DNA of 64,000 nt from positions 28,358,307-28,422,306 of the forward strand of contig OZ316892.1 in the NCBI GenBank assembly GCA_973895155.1. The letters run 5' to 3'. The notes below the pieces were generated by a model. It was not told the origin of the DNA and did not search any database. It saw only the letters and a list, made by a program, of their open reading frames with translations. Below, piece after piece: positions 1 to 12,500 of this stretch. A program made the position numbers and the translations under genes. The stretch comes from Marsupella aquatica (taxonomy: Eukaryota > Plantae > Marchantiophyta). Each line of letters starts with the position of its first letter. The first letter of the stretch is position 1.

Positions 1-733
1 GGAGATTCCGAAACGTGATCGAAAATGAAAGGTGATAAGGGTGAAGGAATTTGATAAAGACTAAGGAGATACCGAAAGGCAACATAGGAAGGGCAGCACT
101 GAAAAGAAAAACACCGATCATGATTGAGAAGCGTAGTAACCAACGAGAGACCCTCCCGCAAAGAACGTGAATTCGAGTAGAGCCTCGAACACAAGAAGGC
201 GAAAAAGCACCAATAGAAACGGCGGACAAAGATATCAAAGAAGCGAATTGAGGCGTAGGAGGAAAGCTTACGAACCAGCAAGGGGGCTACCAAGCGGGGA
301 GATTGCACTACATTTCATCGACAAAATGTCGAAGAAAACTCAAACCGCTAAGTGCACGCCTCATAACTGCAACATAACCGCAAAACCTCCTTACGTGCAT
401 TCCGTAACAAAGGGAATTTACTTTACAAAGCTGAATATGCACATAACCAATGCAAGAGTAAACATAAACCATAACTGCAACCCTAAGTGCACAAGTGGAT
501 AACTGCACAGTTTAACAAAGAAAAAAACATCTACAAAGGAAACTTTGCAGTTAAACAAATACCAAGAAAACCCTAAACCATAAGTGCAAAACCTAAAAAG
601 GAATTTCCGATTTGCATGCGTTCTCCACCCAGCTCCACCTTGCATGCCACATAAATGTGCTTAGTCATTCCTTACTATACTTACTAGTATATAAACCTCA
701 ACCACACTTAAAAGGAATCCAGCCATCAACCCG

Positions 734-3700
734 ATGACCAACCTCGAGAAACTCAACTTTCCAGCACTTGACATCGATGGTAGTAACTACCTGGAATGGT
801 CAATGAACCTTAGAGAGAACCTTACATCGCTAACCCTACTCCCAGCGATAGGAATGGCTCAACCCATCCTTGCCGGCGAACCCCAACCAGATCCATTAAC
901 TAAAGCCAACGAATCAAAAGCCCTAGTATTCCTGAGACGCCACATCCATAGATTCCTCCAGAGACAATACATGCACCTTTCGACCCCTCGGGAACTATGG
1001 ACAGCCCTCCAAACCCGATTTGACCACCAAAAACTGGTCGAACTACCTAAAGCCAGGCAAGACTGGCTAAACTTGCGAGTCCAGGACTTTACCTCTATCT
1101 CAGCCTACAATAGCGAACTCTTTAGAATATCCTCAACCCTCGCACTATGTGGCGAGCCGGTCACGGACAAGGATCTGCTAGAGAAGACCTTGTCGACATT
1201 TCACTCATCGAATGTGTGGCTATCAACACAGTATCGAAACATGAAGTTCGGGCAATACTCCGAGCTCATAGCCACCTTCTAGTCACAGAGAGAAACCAAG
1301 AACTCCTCTTAGTTAACTCTAGAAAACGTCCTGCGGGCACACTGCCCTCAGGATCATAGAGTGAAACACATCTTACCGACACCGTTGAACCCTCCACATC
1401 AAGGCAGGGCATTAAGCGCAGTAGGAATGACAACCATAGAAACAACCCCAACAGGGGGAGTTTCTTTAACCAACGCCCACAACACAATTTCAGCCGGTCC
1501 TTTAGTGGACGTGGAGGACGCGGAGGACGTGGAGGACGCGATGGACGCGGCAGACGCGGAGGACGAGGTGGACGTGGCGGCCGCGGTGGTGGTAGACCAT
1601 ACAACAACAACCGTAGGAATGATCGGTCACAACCCTGACAACAACGGGAATGACCGAAATGCCATGAATGTGGCATGACAAACCACCTCGCGAGAAACTG
1701 TAGAATCCCGCAACATCTTAGAGATTTATATCAACAATCCCTCAGGGACGGACAAACCTCTAGGGCACCACCCTGTGAAACCCACGGGGCGTTTATGGAA
1801 TCTAGCGACCCATTCCAAGACTTTTCAGACCTACCTGCCCAACCAGAGGCACACTTAGTGGCAAGTAGCTCCACTACACCAGATTTAAATAGCCCAAGCA
1901 CATGTATTATCGATAGTGCGACCACACACACTATCCTCAGGGATAGGCACCTTTTCCACAAGATTACACCCTCACGTAGATCCCTGACCACTATAAATGG
2001 TCCTAGTCAAATAGAAGAGGGCTTCGGCCCAGCCTCTATTAGACTCCCGCAGGGTACTGAAATACACATAGAATCTGCCATTTTTGCCCCAAACGCAACT
2101 CGTAATCTCCTTAGCTTTAGAGATATACAAGCAAATGGGCTACATGTCCAAACGTGCGATACCAGAGACCAAGAGGTCATTCACTTGGTTGAAAACACCC
2201 TTAAGGGGAAAATAATTAAAGAGACACTTTTCTCGTATCCCTGCGGGTTTTACATAACACAAATTGAATGCCTGCATAACAACGCCAATACAAGCGAATT
2301 GCATGCGCTATGGCATGCACGCCTCGGCCACCCCGACCAATCAATGCTAACAAAAATCATTAAGAATTCAAGTGGCATTCCAATCAATACACGCCACATC
2401 CCAGTGAGCACTCCATGCACTGCATGCTCACGCGGCAAGTTAATAACAAGGCCCACAGCATCAAAATTGCCAACTAAAATACCCCAATTCTTGGAAATAA
2501 TCCATGTTGATGTTTGCGGGCCAATTAACCCACCAAGCGGACCTTTTCGCTACTTTATATGGTTTTAATTGACACATCAACCAAATGGTCAAATGTGACC
2601 TTGCTTTCAACGAGGAACATGGTAATACCTCGCATTTTGGCGCAAATCTTGCGCGTGAAAGCACAATTCCCAGATCATCCCATTAAGACACTAAGGGTAG
2701 ACAATGCAGGGGAATTCACATCCGAAATGTTTGATGACTTTTGCACATCACTTGACATAGACGTACAATATCCTGTACCTCATGTGCATTTCCAGAATGG
2801 ATTAGCTGAAGCGGTAATTAAACGCCTTCAGTTAATTGCATGCCCATTACTAATGCAGTCAAAACTCCTCGTCTCAGCATGGGGACACGCCATATTACAG
2901 GCGAATGCATTAATCCAATATCGCCCATCAACTTTTAATACCTATAGCCCATACCAAATAGCTAACGGTATTAAACCTAACCTATCACACCTTCGTTCAT
3001 TTGGATGTCAAGTAATGGCCCCCATTATTCCACCCAAACGAACCAAGATGGGACCCCAACGATAGTTGGGGATATACATCGGATTCGACTCACCGTCCAT
3101 AATCCGATATATGGAGCCCACAACTGGCGATGTTTTTAAAGCCAGATTTCTAGATTGTCATTTTGATGAACACATTTATCCACCATTAATAACCCCTGAA
3201 CACCCACAACCACCTCTGGAGTGGGAAAGACACTCGCCATTTTGACAAGACCTTCGAACGAATCAAGGGGAGAAAGAAGTTCAACGAATTTTGCAACTCC
3301 ACAAGATTGTGGAAGAACTTCTCGACGCTTTCGTCGATACATCCCAAGTTAGCCGCTCACATATTCCAGCTGCGAGAGCATCTGCTCGCATCGAATTATC
3401 AAGTGAGCCAGCTAGTACATCCCAACCTCGTGCAAAACGAGGCAGACCTTTGGGATCCAAGGATAAACAACCAAGAAGGCACGGTTCATCTATACCACCT
3501 TCACCTGATGCCGACCACATAGAATCCACAACTCATGAAGAGATTTCTATCCATTACGCACATACCGGTACGATGTGGGATAGAAATACTACCTCAATAG
3601 ATGATGCTTTTGCATTAATGGTGGCAACACATATCACAGACGAAACACCAGAACCAATATCCATCTTAGAATGCCAAAACAGACCAGATTGGCCTGAATG

Positions 3701-5444
3701 GCAGAAAGCTATAAATGGAGAATTAGATTCCCTACTAAGTAGACACACTTTTGGCCCAGTCGAGCCAACACCGCAGGACGTACATCTTATTGGCTACAAG
3801 TGGACATTTGTCCGCAAAAGAAATGATAAAGGCCAAGTTGTACGTTACAAAGCACGTCTGGTAGGGAAAGGATTTACCTAACAACCGGGAATTCATTACG
3901 ATGAAACTTACTCACCGGTTATGGATAGCACAACATTCCGATACCTTATCGGATTTGCCATTTTCCATCAATTACAGATGCGACAACTGGATGTTGCAAC
4001 CGCATATCTATATGAAACGTTAGACACTTGTCTATACATGCGATCACCTCCCGAGTTGGAGCAACGTCGCCGAGCTTTAGCTCAAGGCGCTAAATCACAT
4101 ATTCCATATTTACATAACATTATAACACAATTATCTCAAGTTACACGTAATGTGTCATCTACACATGTAACTCATAACAACGATACCGATGTGTCAACCG
4201 TACGAAATACTCGCCGCAGACTAGCTATCCGTGTGTTGAAGGCATTATATGGCCTGAAACAAAGTGGCAGAGTATGGTATCAAAGATATACTGATGAAAT
4301 GATTGCCATGGGTTTTTCCCATGATGCCATTACACCATGTTTATTTATTAAACATGTGGATGATGAATATGTCATCGTTTCTATTTACGTCGATGACTTA
4401 AACATATTTGGGACACCCCAATTTACAGAAGATACTATTACTAGTCTTAAATCCACATTTGAGATGAAAGACCTTGGACATACAAACTTTTGCTTAGGCT
4501 TACAACTAGAGATCCTACCCACTGGCATTATGCTCCATCAGACCACACAAACTGAAAAGATCCTAAAACAATTCAATATGAACCTAGCACACCCATTGAC
4601 GTCACCAATGGTTGTACGTTCATTAGAAAATAATACTGATGTTTTTCGCAAAAGCGAAGAACATGAACCACTATTAGGACCAGAAACTCCGTATCTTTCT
4701 GTGATAGGAGCATTAATGTATCTAACAAATCAGACACGACCAGACATTGCATTTGCAGTTAACTTACTAGCCAGACATAGTGCAACTCCCACAGCCAGAC
4801 ACTGGAACGGAGTTAAGCACGTATTTAGGTACCTGCGTGGAACCATCGATACTGGGTTATTTTACCCATTCGGTGCAAACCATGAACTCATAGGATACGC
4901 GAATGCCGGATATCTCTCAGACACTGATACTGCAAAATCCCAAACTGGATATGTTTTTACCATAGGGGGTACCGCTTTTTCTTGGAAAAGCGTGAAACAG
5001 ACTCTAACAGCAACCTCATCAAATCACTCAAAAATCTTAGCTCTACATGAGGCTAGTCGTGAAGCCGTTTGGTTACGATCCTTTATAAACCACATCAACA
5101 CCAAATGCGGCCTACCACCACTAACGAAGCCTACTAACATTTTTGAGGATAACGCAGCATGTATACAGCAGATCACGAAAGGATTCATCAAAGGCGATCG
5201 CGTGAAGCATATAGCTCCAAAGTTTTTCTACACCCACGAGTTACATGGAAAAGAGATCAACATTTTGCAGATTTCAAGTGCAGACAACTGTGCGGATCTC
5301 TTCACCAAATCACTATCGCCATCAGTTCACCACCGACACTGCCAGGCGATTGGACTACAGAGCATGCGACGCATGATGACCGTGGAGGCCGCACTCCACA
5401 TAATACTTGATGATGCTAACGACATGCTGTTGACGACCGACTGA
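734..5444 (+). pseudogene. Disrupted gag-pol polyprotein
   Basis: Broken into ORFs 734-1282, 1675-2568, 2559-3065, 3291-3881 and 3921-5444 by frameshifts (~1278, ~2560) and in-frame stops (1357, 3063, 3879). RNase H acidic residues are altered (GYANAGY, SNHSKI). Confidence 0.92.
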
Positions 5445-5713
5445 TGAAACAGATGTTAAAGCTAGATTTACTATAGCATCTAACTTTATTTTATATTGAC
5501 ATATATTACGACGAGGACTGTTAGGCTGCACTCTTTTTCCTTTAGCACTCATATTTTTCTCTGTTACACTGGTAGAGTTTTTACTAAGCTAAAGTTGATA
5601 AAGGTTTTTTAACGAGGCAGTCTACCTCGATTGTACTTATATCATGTACCCCTATGAACATGATATAATTTAGGTATAGTCTATGTTGTCTATATAGTTA
5701 TCACTATATATCC

Positions 5714-5831
5714 AAAGGGGAGTGTTAGACTCTACCTTAACCGGAAGACCGGATCAGCCGGTCATCCCGGCACCACTATATGTACCATTACCCAGACTAT
5801 ACAGATACCCGATATTCATTCTTATCAAACA
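5714..5831 (+). mobile_element. Polypurine tract and short 3' LTR (about 109 bp, TGTTAG...AAACA)
   Basis: AAAGGGGAG (5714-5722) is immediately followed by TGTTAG. The LTR end is placed at ...ATCAAACA (5831) by the TG..CA rule and cannot be checked without the 5' LTR. Confidence 0.65.
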
Positions 5832-6299
5832 CTAATCTATATGATTAGAGAATTTTTGTCAGCATTTTGAGAGTTTTAGAGGTAATTAGCAGTAAGAATT
5901 ATTATATGGCTAAGATGGAGACATTTACTTGTTGGACCCCCAAAATGAAAATTGTTCCTTGATTGATCCCATGAGTGATCCAGACTGTTGATAGACCTTA
6001 AATTGACTTACTCAAAACCTCATGGGGTTAGTTGGGGAGACAACTTTGGTTTGGGGGTCTATCAAGTAAGTGTCTCACTAAGATGGGGGTGCCAAATAAT
6101 AGGGTGTCTCAAAGCTTCAAAGTTTAGGATGATGGCTTTTGGCTATCAAAATGGCCATAGATTTTTCAAAGGGTATGTAAAAGTTTCATTTGTGATTTTT
6201 CACCAGCCCCTTTGGTGATTATGGTCATCATTCTTTATAGCAAAAGTTATGGAGGATGAATTTAGTAGGCCATAATTTTTGTCTGTAACCTTAACTACT

Positions 6300-8210
6300 G
6301 ACTCAAGGTCCATCAAATTTTGAGGTTTGAAACTCTTTAATAAGAAGAAGGAAAGAGAAAGAGCGGAACAGAAGGGCTGGCTAATTATTGAAATCTTGAG
6401 GTTGTTACCCCTAATAAGAAAAAGGAAATACAAAGAGCAAAACAAAAGGGGGTCCATCAAATTCCCCTAATAAGGAAGGAGAAAGAGAGAACTAAAAGGG
6501 TCCATCAAATTTTCAGGTGTGAGACCCCTTAATAAGAAAATAAAAAATAAAAATAAAGGGCCTGGCTAACTACTGAGTTAATTAAGGTCCTTCAAGTTTT
6601 GAGGCTTGGGACCCCTAACAAGAAAAGGGAAAGAGAAAGAGCCTGTTTGAGACCCACTAGCAAGAAAAGGGAAAGAGAAAGAGCAGGTTTGAGACCCTCT
6701 AATAAGAAAAGGGAAAGGGCAAAACAACCCGGCTAACTACTGAGTTAAGGTCCATCAAAATTTGAGGTTTGAGACCCCCTACAGGTTTGAGACCCCTCAT
6801 AAGAAAAAGGAAAGAGCAAATTTAAGGACCCACTAATAACAAAGAAAAGGGAAAGAGCGAAAGAAAGGGCCTAGCTTTTGACCCCCTAATAAGAAGGAAA
6901 GGGAAATCTGAGTGAAAGTCAAGTTCCATCAAAATTTGAGGTTTGAGACACCCTACAGGTTTTGAGACCGCCCTCATGAGAAAAAGAGAAGAGAAAAGAA
7001 AACAGAGCAGATTTAAGAACCTCCTAATAAGAAGAAAAGGGAAAGAGCTAAAGTTAAGGTCCATCAAAATCTTAGGTTTGAGACCCCCACAGGTTTGAGA
7101 CCCCCTCATAAGAAAAAGGAAAGAGCAGATTTAAGGACCCACTAATAAGAAAGAAAAGGGAATTCAAAGAGCAAAAGAAAGGGCCTAGCTTTTGACCCCT
7201 TAATAAGAAGAAAAGGGAAATCTGAGTGAAAGTCAAGTTCCATCAAAATTGAGGTTTGATACACCCTACAGGTTTTCAGACCGCCCTCATGAGAAAAAGA
7301 AAAGAGAAAAGAAAACAGAGCAGATTTAAGAACCTTCTAATAAGAAGAAAAGGGAAAGAGCTAAAGTTAAGGTCCATCAAAATCTTAGCTTTGGGACCCC
7401 CTACAGGTTTGAGACCCCCTCATAAGAAAAAGGAAAGAGAAAAGAGCAGATTTAAGGACCCCCTAATAAGAAGAAAAGCGAAAGAGCAAAAGTTAAGGTA
7501 AATCAAAATCTTAGGTTTGAGACACCCTACAGGTTTCGAGCCCCCTTCATAAGAAAAAGGAAAGTGAAAAGAGCAGATTTAAGGACCCCTTAATAAGAAG
7601 AAAAGGGAAAGAGCAAAATTTAAGGTCCATCAAAATTTAAGGTTTGAGACCCACTACAGGTTTTGAGACCCCCCTACAGGTTTTGAGACCCCCTCATAAG
7701 AAAAAGGAAGGAGAAAAGAAAAGTGAAAAGAGCAGAGATAAGGACCCCCTGATAAGAAGAAATGGGAAAGAGCTACAGTTAAGGTCTATCAAAATCTTAG
7801 TTTTGAGACCCCCTACAGGTTTGAGACCCCCTCATAAAAAAGAAAAGAAAACAGAGCAGATTTAAGTACCCCCTGATAAGAAGAAAAGGGAAAGAGCGAA
7901 AGTTGAGGTCCATCAAAATCGTAGGTTTGAGACCCCCCGCAGGTTTTGAGAACCCCATCATAAGAAAAAGGAAACAGAAAAGAAAACACAGCAGAGCAGA
8001 TTTAAGGACCCCCTAATAAGAAGAAAAGGGAAAGAGCGAAACTTAAGGTCCATCAAAATGTGAGGTTTGAGACCCCCTACAGGTTTAAGACCCCCTACGG
8101 GTTTGAGACCCCTCATAACACAAAGGAAAGAGAAAAGAAAACAGAGGAGAGCAGATTTAAGGACCCCCTAATAAGAAGAAAAGGGAACGAGAAGGAGCGA
8201 AAGAAAGGGC
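6300..8210. repeat. Purine-rich tandem array, ~120-140 bp unit, about 13-14 degenerate copies
   Basis: Recurring GTCCATCAAAAT..AGGTTTGAGACCCCCTACAGGTTTGAGACCCCCTCATAAGAAAAAGG..GAGCAGATTTAAGGACCCCCTAATAAGAAGAAAAGGGAAAGAGC, with a higher-order ~310-bp duplication (6751-7059 vs 7060-7372). Confidence 0.92.
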
Positions 8211-8947
8211 CTGGCTGCTGGCGTGTTAGGTGGGGTGGGGTGCGGTGGGTTGGACTGGGCTGGTGTTCCGCCGAAGCTATGGCTGGCGTGTTAGGTGGGC
8301 TGGGCTGCCGAAGCTGTGCGAAGTCGAGGGAAAGGAAAAACAGCAGCAGCAGCGCGAGGGAGCAGATTGCAGCGGAGCGGAGGAAATGGATGCGAGGAAA
8401 GGCGACTGATGACTGACTGACGCACTCACTGAGCTCGCTTGCCTGCTTTGCTCGATTGATGATTGATGGCGAGTGAGAGCAAGCAAGATTGGGGTGCTTT
8501 CCGCTTTCCAGAACGAGATTGCAGGACGAAGCAAGGATGAAGAATGGCCGATGAAGAGCGGCGAAGCACTGTTTAGTGTGTAGACTCTCCGCATCGAGCT
8601 GGATCAACACTGTCGAGCTTCGTGTTCTGGAGCTCGGGTACAGTCTGTCCGTCGTCTGTACACGGGTGGGCGAAATGGGATCCGACGTCGTCGTAGGGTG
8701 GCCGGGTGCGGTCGCGCGGTTTCGATCTAGGGTTTTGAGATGTCGCATTTGTGTCCTCGGGGGTCGGGGGATTCTGTGGTCGACGATTTCGTAATTGGGT
8801 CCGGATTATTAGGTCTCCCGTCTCTGTCTGGTTCGTCGAGGGCTCGTCGATCCACCGAATGCATTTCGGTCGTCGTTGATTTCGGCCATCAGTGCCCCCC
8901 GGGATGTGTGGTGTTGCTACGGTAGTGGGTGAATGAAACTAACTAAT

Positions 8948-8988
8948 TAGCTGAGCTGAGCTGAGCTGAGCTGAGCTGAGCCGAGCCG
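8948..8988. repeat. (AGCTG)n microsatellite in the probable 5' leader
   Basis: AGCTG x6 followed by AGCCG x2. Confidence 0.9.
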
Positions 8989-9500
8989 GAGAGACGACCT
9001 CTTGTTCTAGGGTTTTGTGATTATACTGTAGTGTGGGGCAGGGTAGGGGGGAACGCAGGTGAAGGCAGGCGAACTGTTACGGGACCGGATCTGCTTTTTG
9101 GTCATGAGTGTTCATCTGCCTTCTCGAGATGCTGCCGAAGAAACGCCGGCTTTTTCCCCGGTTTTGGCATGTTCGCGGCTTAGGATTCCGTACAGCAGGG
9201 AGGAGGGGCGACTTACTCGATCGTAGAATTCAGCTTGTGCCGATGGATCGACCACTTACATTCCAAGAAACCTGAATTAGGGGCGCTTGGTGTCTGGTGG
9301 TCAGGGAACTCCTTTTTTCACCGTCGCTCTCAAATTGTTAGTGCACTGTGATTTAGGTTGTGGGGGGTTTGAGCATTATCATGGGACCTCAGCGGAGTAG
9401 CCTGTGGAACGAAGTGGATCCCTGTGTGAGCTGAGGAGGTGAAAGGTGTGGGGCACTAGAGACTTTTAGCGCACCGGTGGTGTGCGGTAATCACGGACAG

Positions 9501-12500
9501 ATGGATAATTATGGAAATGATTATTTCATGTCCCAGGAGGGATATGCGTCTATCGACTTCACCCTCCTTGACAGGCCGAACAGCAAGTGAGTTTCATGGA
9601 GCTGCTTACGAAGCCTTGTTTTTGCGAAATGAGAGAATGCTTTACTGGAAGCTCGCGATGTTAAATGTCTACAGCGAGCTTGTTGACGTTTAATGCATAT
9701 CTGTTTGGAGTTTTAACTTGGGAAGTTGGGTGTGTATGAATTCGGAGTTTTAAAGTTTTATGTCTTTGTCTATCTTTCCAGTATTGCTTCTGCCCCGGAG
9801 TCCACAGCAGCTTTGCTTCCAGGTGAGAGCTTTAGTAGTAGCAGCGACTCACTGTTGACATTTTTCATTATTGGTCATATACACAAATAAATCATATTTA
9901 CAGGGCTTCACTGTGATTTGAGTTATTGCCTGTGGAAAAGTGAGCTTGGTCCATGCTTTTCCCACAAGTGAGCTTGGTCCATGCTTTTCCCACATCTCTC
10001 TTTGATATCAATGGTAGAATCCAGGAATAGCTTTGCAGTGCCCTCTCTGGAAGTATTTAATTATTGAATGTTGTTATGTGTACAACCAGATCTTCACGTG
10101 ACAGATTCGTCGTTTGCATCTTTCGACTTTTTAGATGCTCCTAATGTAGACGCTTTTGGTGGAGTGCTGCCTGATGAAGCACATTCTCGAGATCAAGGAG
10201 GGTAAGCTGCCGGTGGTCTATTCTATTCGTTCCTGGAGAACATTGGTCTTCTATAGAACTTCCAGCAAGATCTGTAAATGCTTCGTTTGGTTCCTACGTT
10301 CGACGGAGTGGGTCGAGTGGAGGCTGACGGCTTGGTTGCACACGGCATTTTCTATTCCCGTGTTACATTCTCATGGAAGTTTTTCCCTTTGTTTTGGCAC
10401 AGCTATCGGTTCGATCAGCAAAAGAAGACGAAGGAGCGGTCTCTTCTTCAACAAAGCTCGGTGGGCCTTCACAGAGGGGTGAGGTCTCGGGAATACATTT
10501 TTCTTTGGAATGGGTCTGTTGAAACGGTGTCCTTAATTAACATTTGAGTACAGTTTCAGGGCACGGTCACCGACATCGTGTGACTCAATAAGGCAAATGC
10601 TGTCCTGTCTTCAGTAGCCGACTGGGTTGTTTCGGTGCAATCCGTGCAAATAATATTTTCATTCCCGGCAGGGCATAGCCTTTTCCAGATGCACTTGATG
10701 GATTTTAAACGAATATGAGGCTGTCAGTTTTTATCGATATGCTTAGCTTTGATTGCTATCTCAAAACTAAAAAAATAAAAACTAAATTGGTGCGACAGCT
10801 AATTTCCTCCTTGTAAGTACAAAGTTATCATTCCTTGATTACATGTGTTTGTGCTCATTTCTCAAATATGGATGAGCTCCCGGCCTGTACTTAGAACGGT
10901 TGCATTAAGACTAAGTAACGGCCGATCGAAGTTGGTGGTGCCCAGCTTGATTAAAATCCAGTTGTATTCTTGTGTGAAATTTACAGGATGGAGACGCGGA
11001 CTCGGAGCTGCCCTCGTCTGAGTTCCACATTCCGTTTGAAGTACAAAAACCAATATCAAATTTGGATTTCTTCTCACAAGGACACACCAAAGAGTCCGGG
11101 CACCAGGAGCAGCAGGCACAATCGGATCCTGGAAATGACGCAACAGATGGAAATCATGACTACTTTGAGCAAGGGCACATGGCTCAGCAGGCACACAATG
11201 CGGCAGGGGCTGGAGGATGGTATAATAGTTGGCCAGGTAGTAATAGTCAGGGAGACCAGACCCAGGTTTTTCTCCAGACGCCCTCATATGAGGAGGCTTC
11301 TGATGAGAGGAGATTAATGCAAATGAAAGGGAATGCTGCGCAGCTGGCTGGTCAAATGGCATATCAGAGTCCTCAGGTTCCAAGCTCGGATTCAGTACCA
11401 AAGGCTACGCACTCATTTTTGCAGACTACCCACGCATTCTTGCCTACAGCAAAACAGAATGATTCCAGGCAAGCATCTAACGTCGGGCTTGGTTTACCCA
11501 GTGCTCAAGTCAATGCCGCGAATTCCTCAGTTGTAAAAAACAGCTCCAGGCATCAGGCATACGACTATGAAGGTCTTATGAATGGAGCATCTGCAAACCA
11601 ATTTCGGCAGAACTCGTCTGTAGAGAACACATCATCAGCACGACGGCATCATTCTAGCGATGCTAGTGTAGGTGGGCAGGATGCTCTGCGGGGCCATGCT
11701 CAGAGTCAGAGTTACAAGTATCCAGGACAAAATCTGGGGGCTATGGCGCAGATTGAAGTATCTCCTTTGAAGGTTAATGACTACGATTTTCTTGGGGGTC
11801 AGTACGCAATGAAAGGGCAGACCCAAGGCAACGAGATTGGTCAGCAGTTAGCGGTTGACGAGATGCAGGCTTGGCATCAGCATCCGTTGCTGTCTCAGTC
11901 AAATCAACAACAAGCCTCATACCAGCAGTCTTATCAGGATTTGCCCCGACAGCAGCAGCAGCACCACGTCGACCAGCAATCACAGAGTACGAGGCAGCAG
12001 CACGTTCAGCAATTTTTGGCTGCCAACCATCAAAACCAGAGTTTGGGGAACCAGCTTTCAGCATTTTTGTCTGAGAGCTCCCTGCAAGATATTCCGAGGG
12101 TGCCTGAGCGGCAAAATTCACAGTTAGCTGTTGAGAACCCAAGAGCACTCCTTCAGACTAGCTATCCAGCCACGAACAATGCCACCAATGTGAATTGGTC
12201 GGCAGCTGATCCTTCTGCAATGGAAGGTCTTGCTCATGATTATCTGATGGGGGCAGATCAGAACTTCAACTGGCAGGCCCTTGCATTGAAAGCTTCTCAA
12301 GTGGGCCCCAATGCATACGGGTCCCTTCCAGTGACCAGAAGAGATACATCAGGGCAGGCCAGTGGTGGAACCTACCCAGCTATGCAAGGTGGTTTCCAAG
12401 ATTATTATGCTGGATCTGGGAAGCTTACTCCTGCCAATGCGCAGGTTGAGAAACCCGTCGCAAGAAATCTTGGTGCTGAAGGATCAGGGGGCTCTATATA

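Larger units (their letters stand above)
1..5831 (+). mobile_element. Degenerate Ty1/copia LTR retrotransposon (Bianca-like); 5' LTR not seen in window
   Basis: Order is gag-PR-IN-RT-RH. Motifs: CHECGMTNHLARNC zinc knuckle, protease IIDSATTH, GAG-pre-integrase LWHARLGH..CTAC, integrase HVDVCGP / DNAGEF / QNGLAE, RT YKARLV / ALYGLKQSG / YVDD, RNase H FEDNAAC / ADLFTK. The Gag start NLEKLNFPALDIDGSNYLEW and 3' motif GGTTTTTTAACGAGGCA (~5603) resemble the Bianca lineage (from recall). Confidence 0.95.

Noticed and set aside
7256-8416. K/R-rich ORFs in the tandem array
   Set aside because: By-products of the purine-rich repeat; frames break between units.
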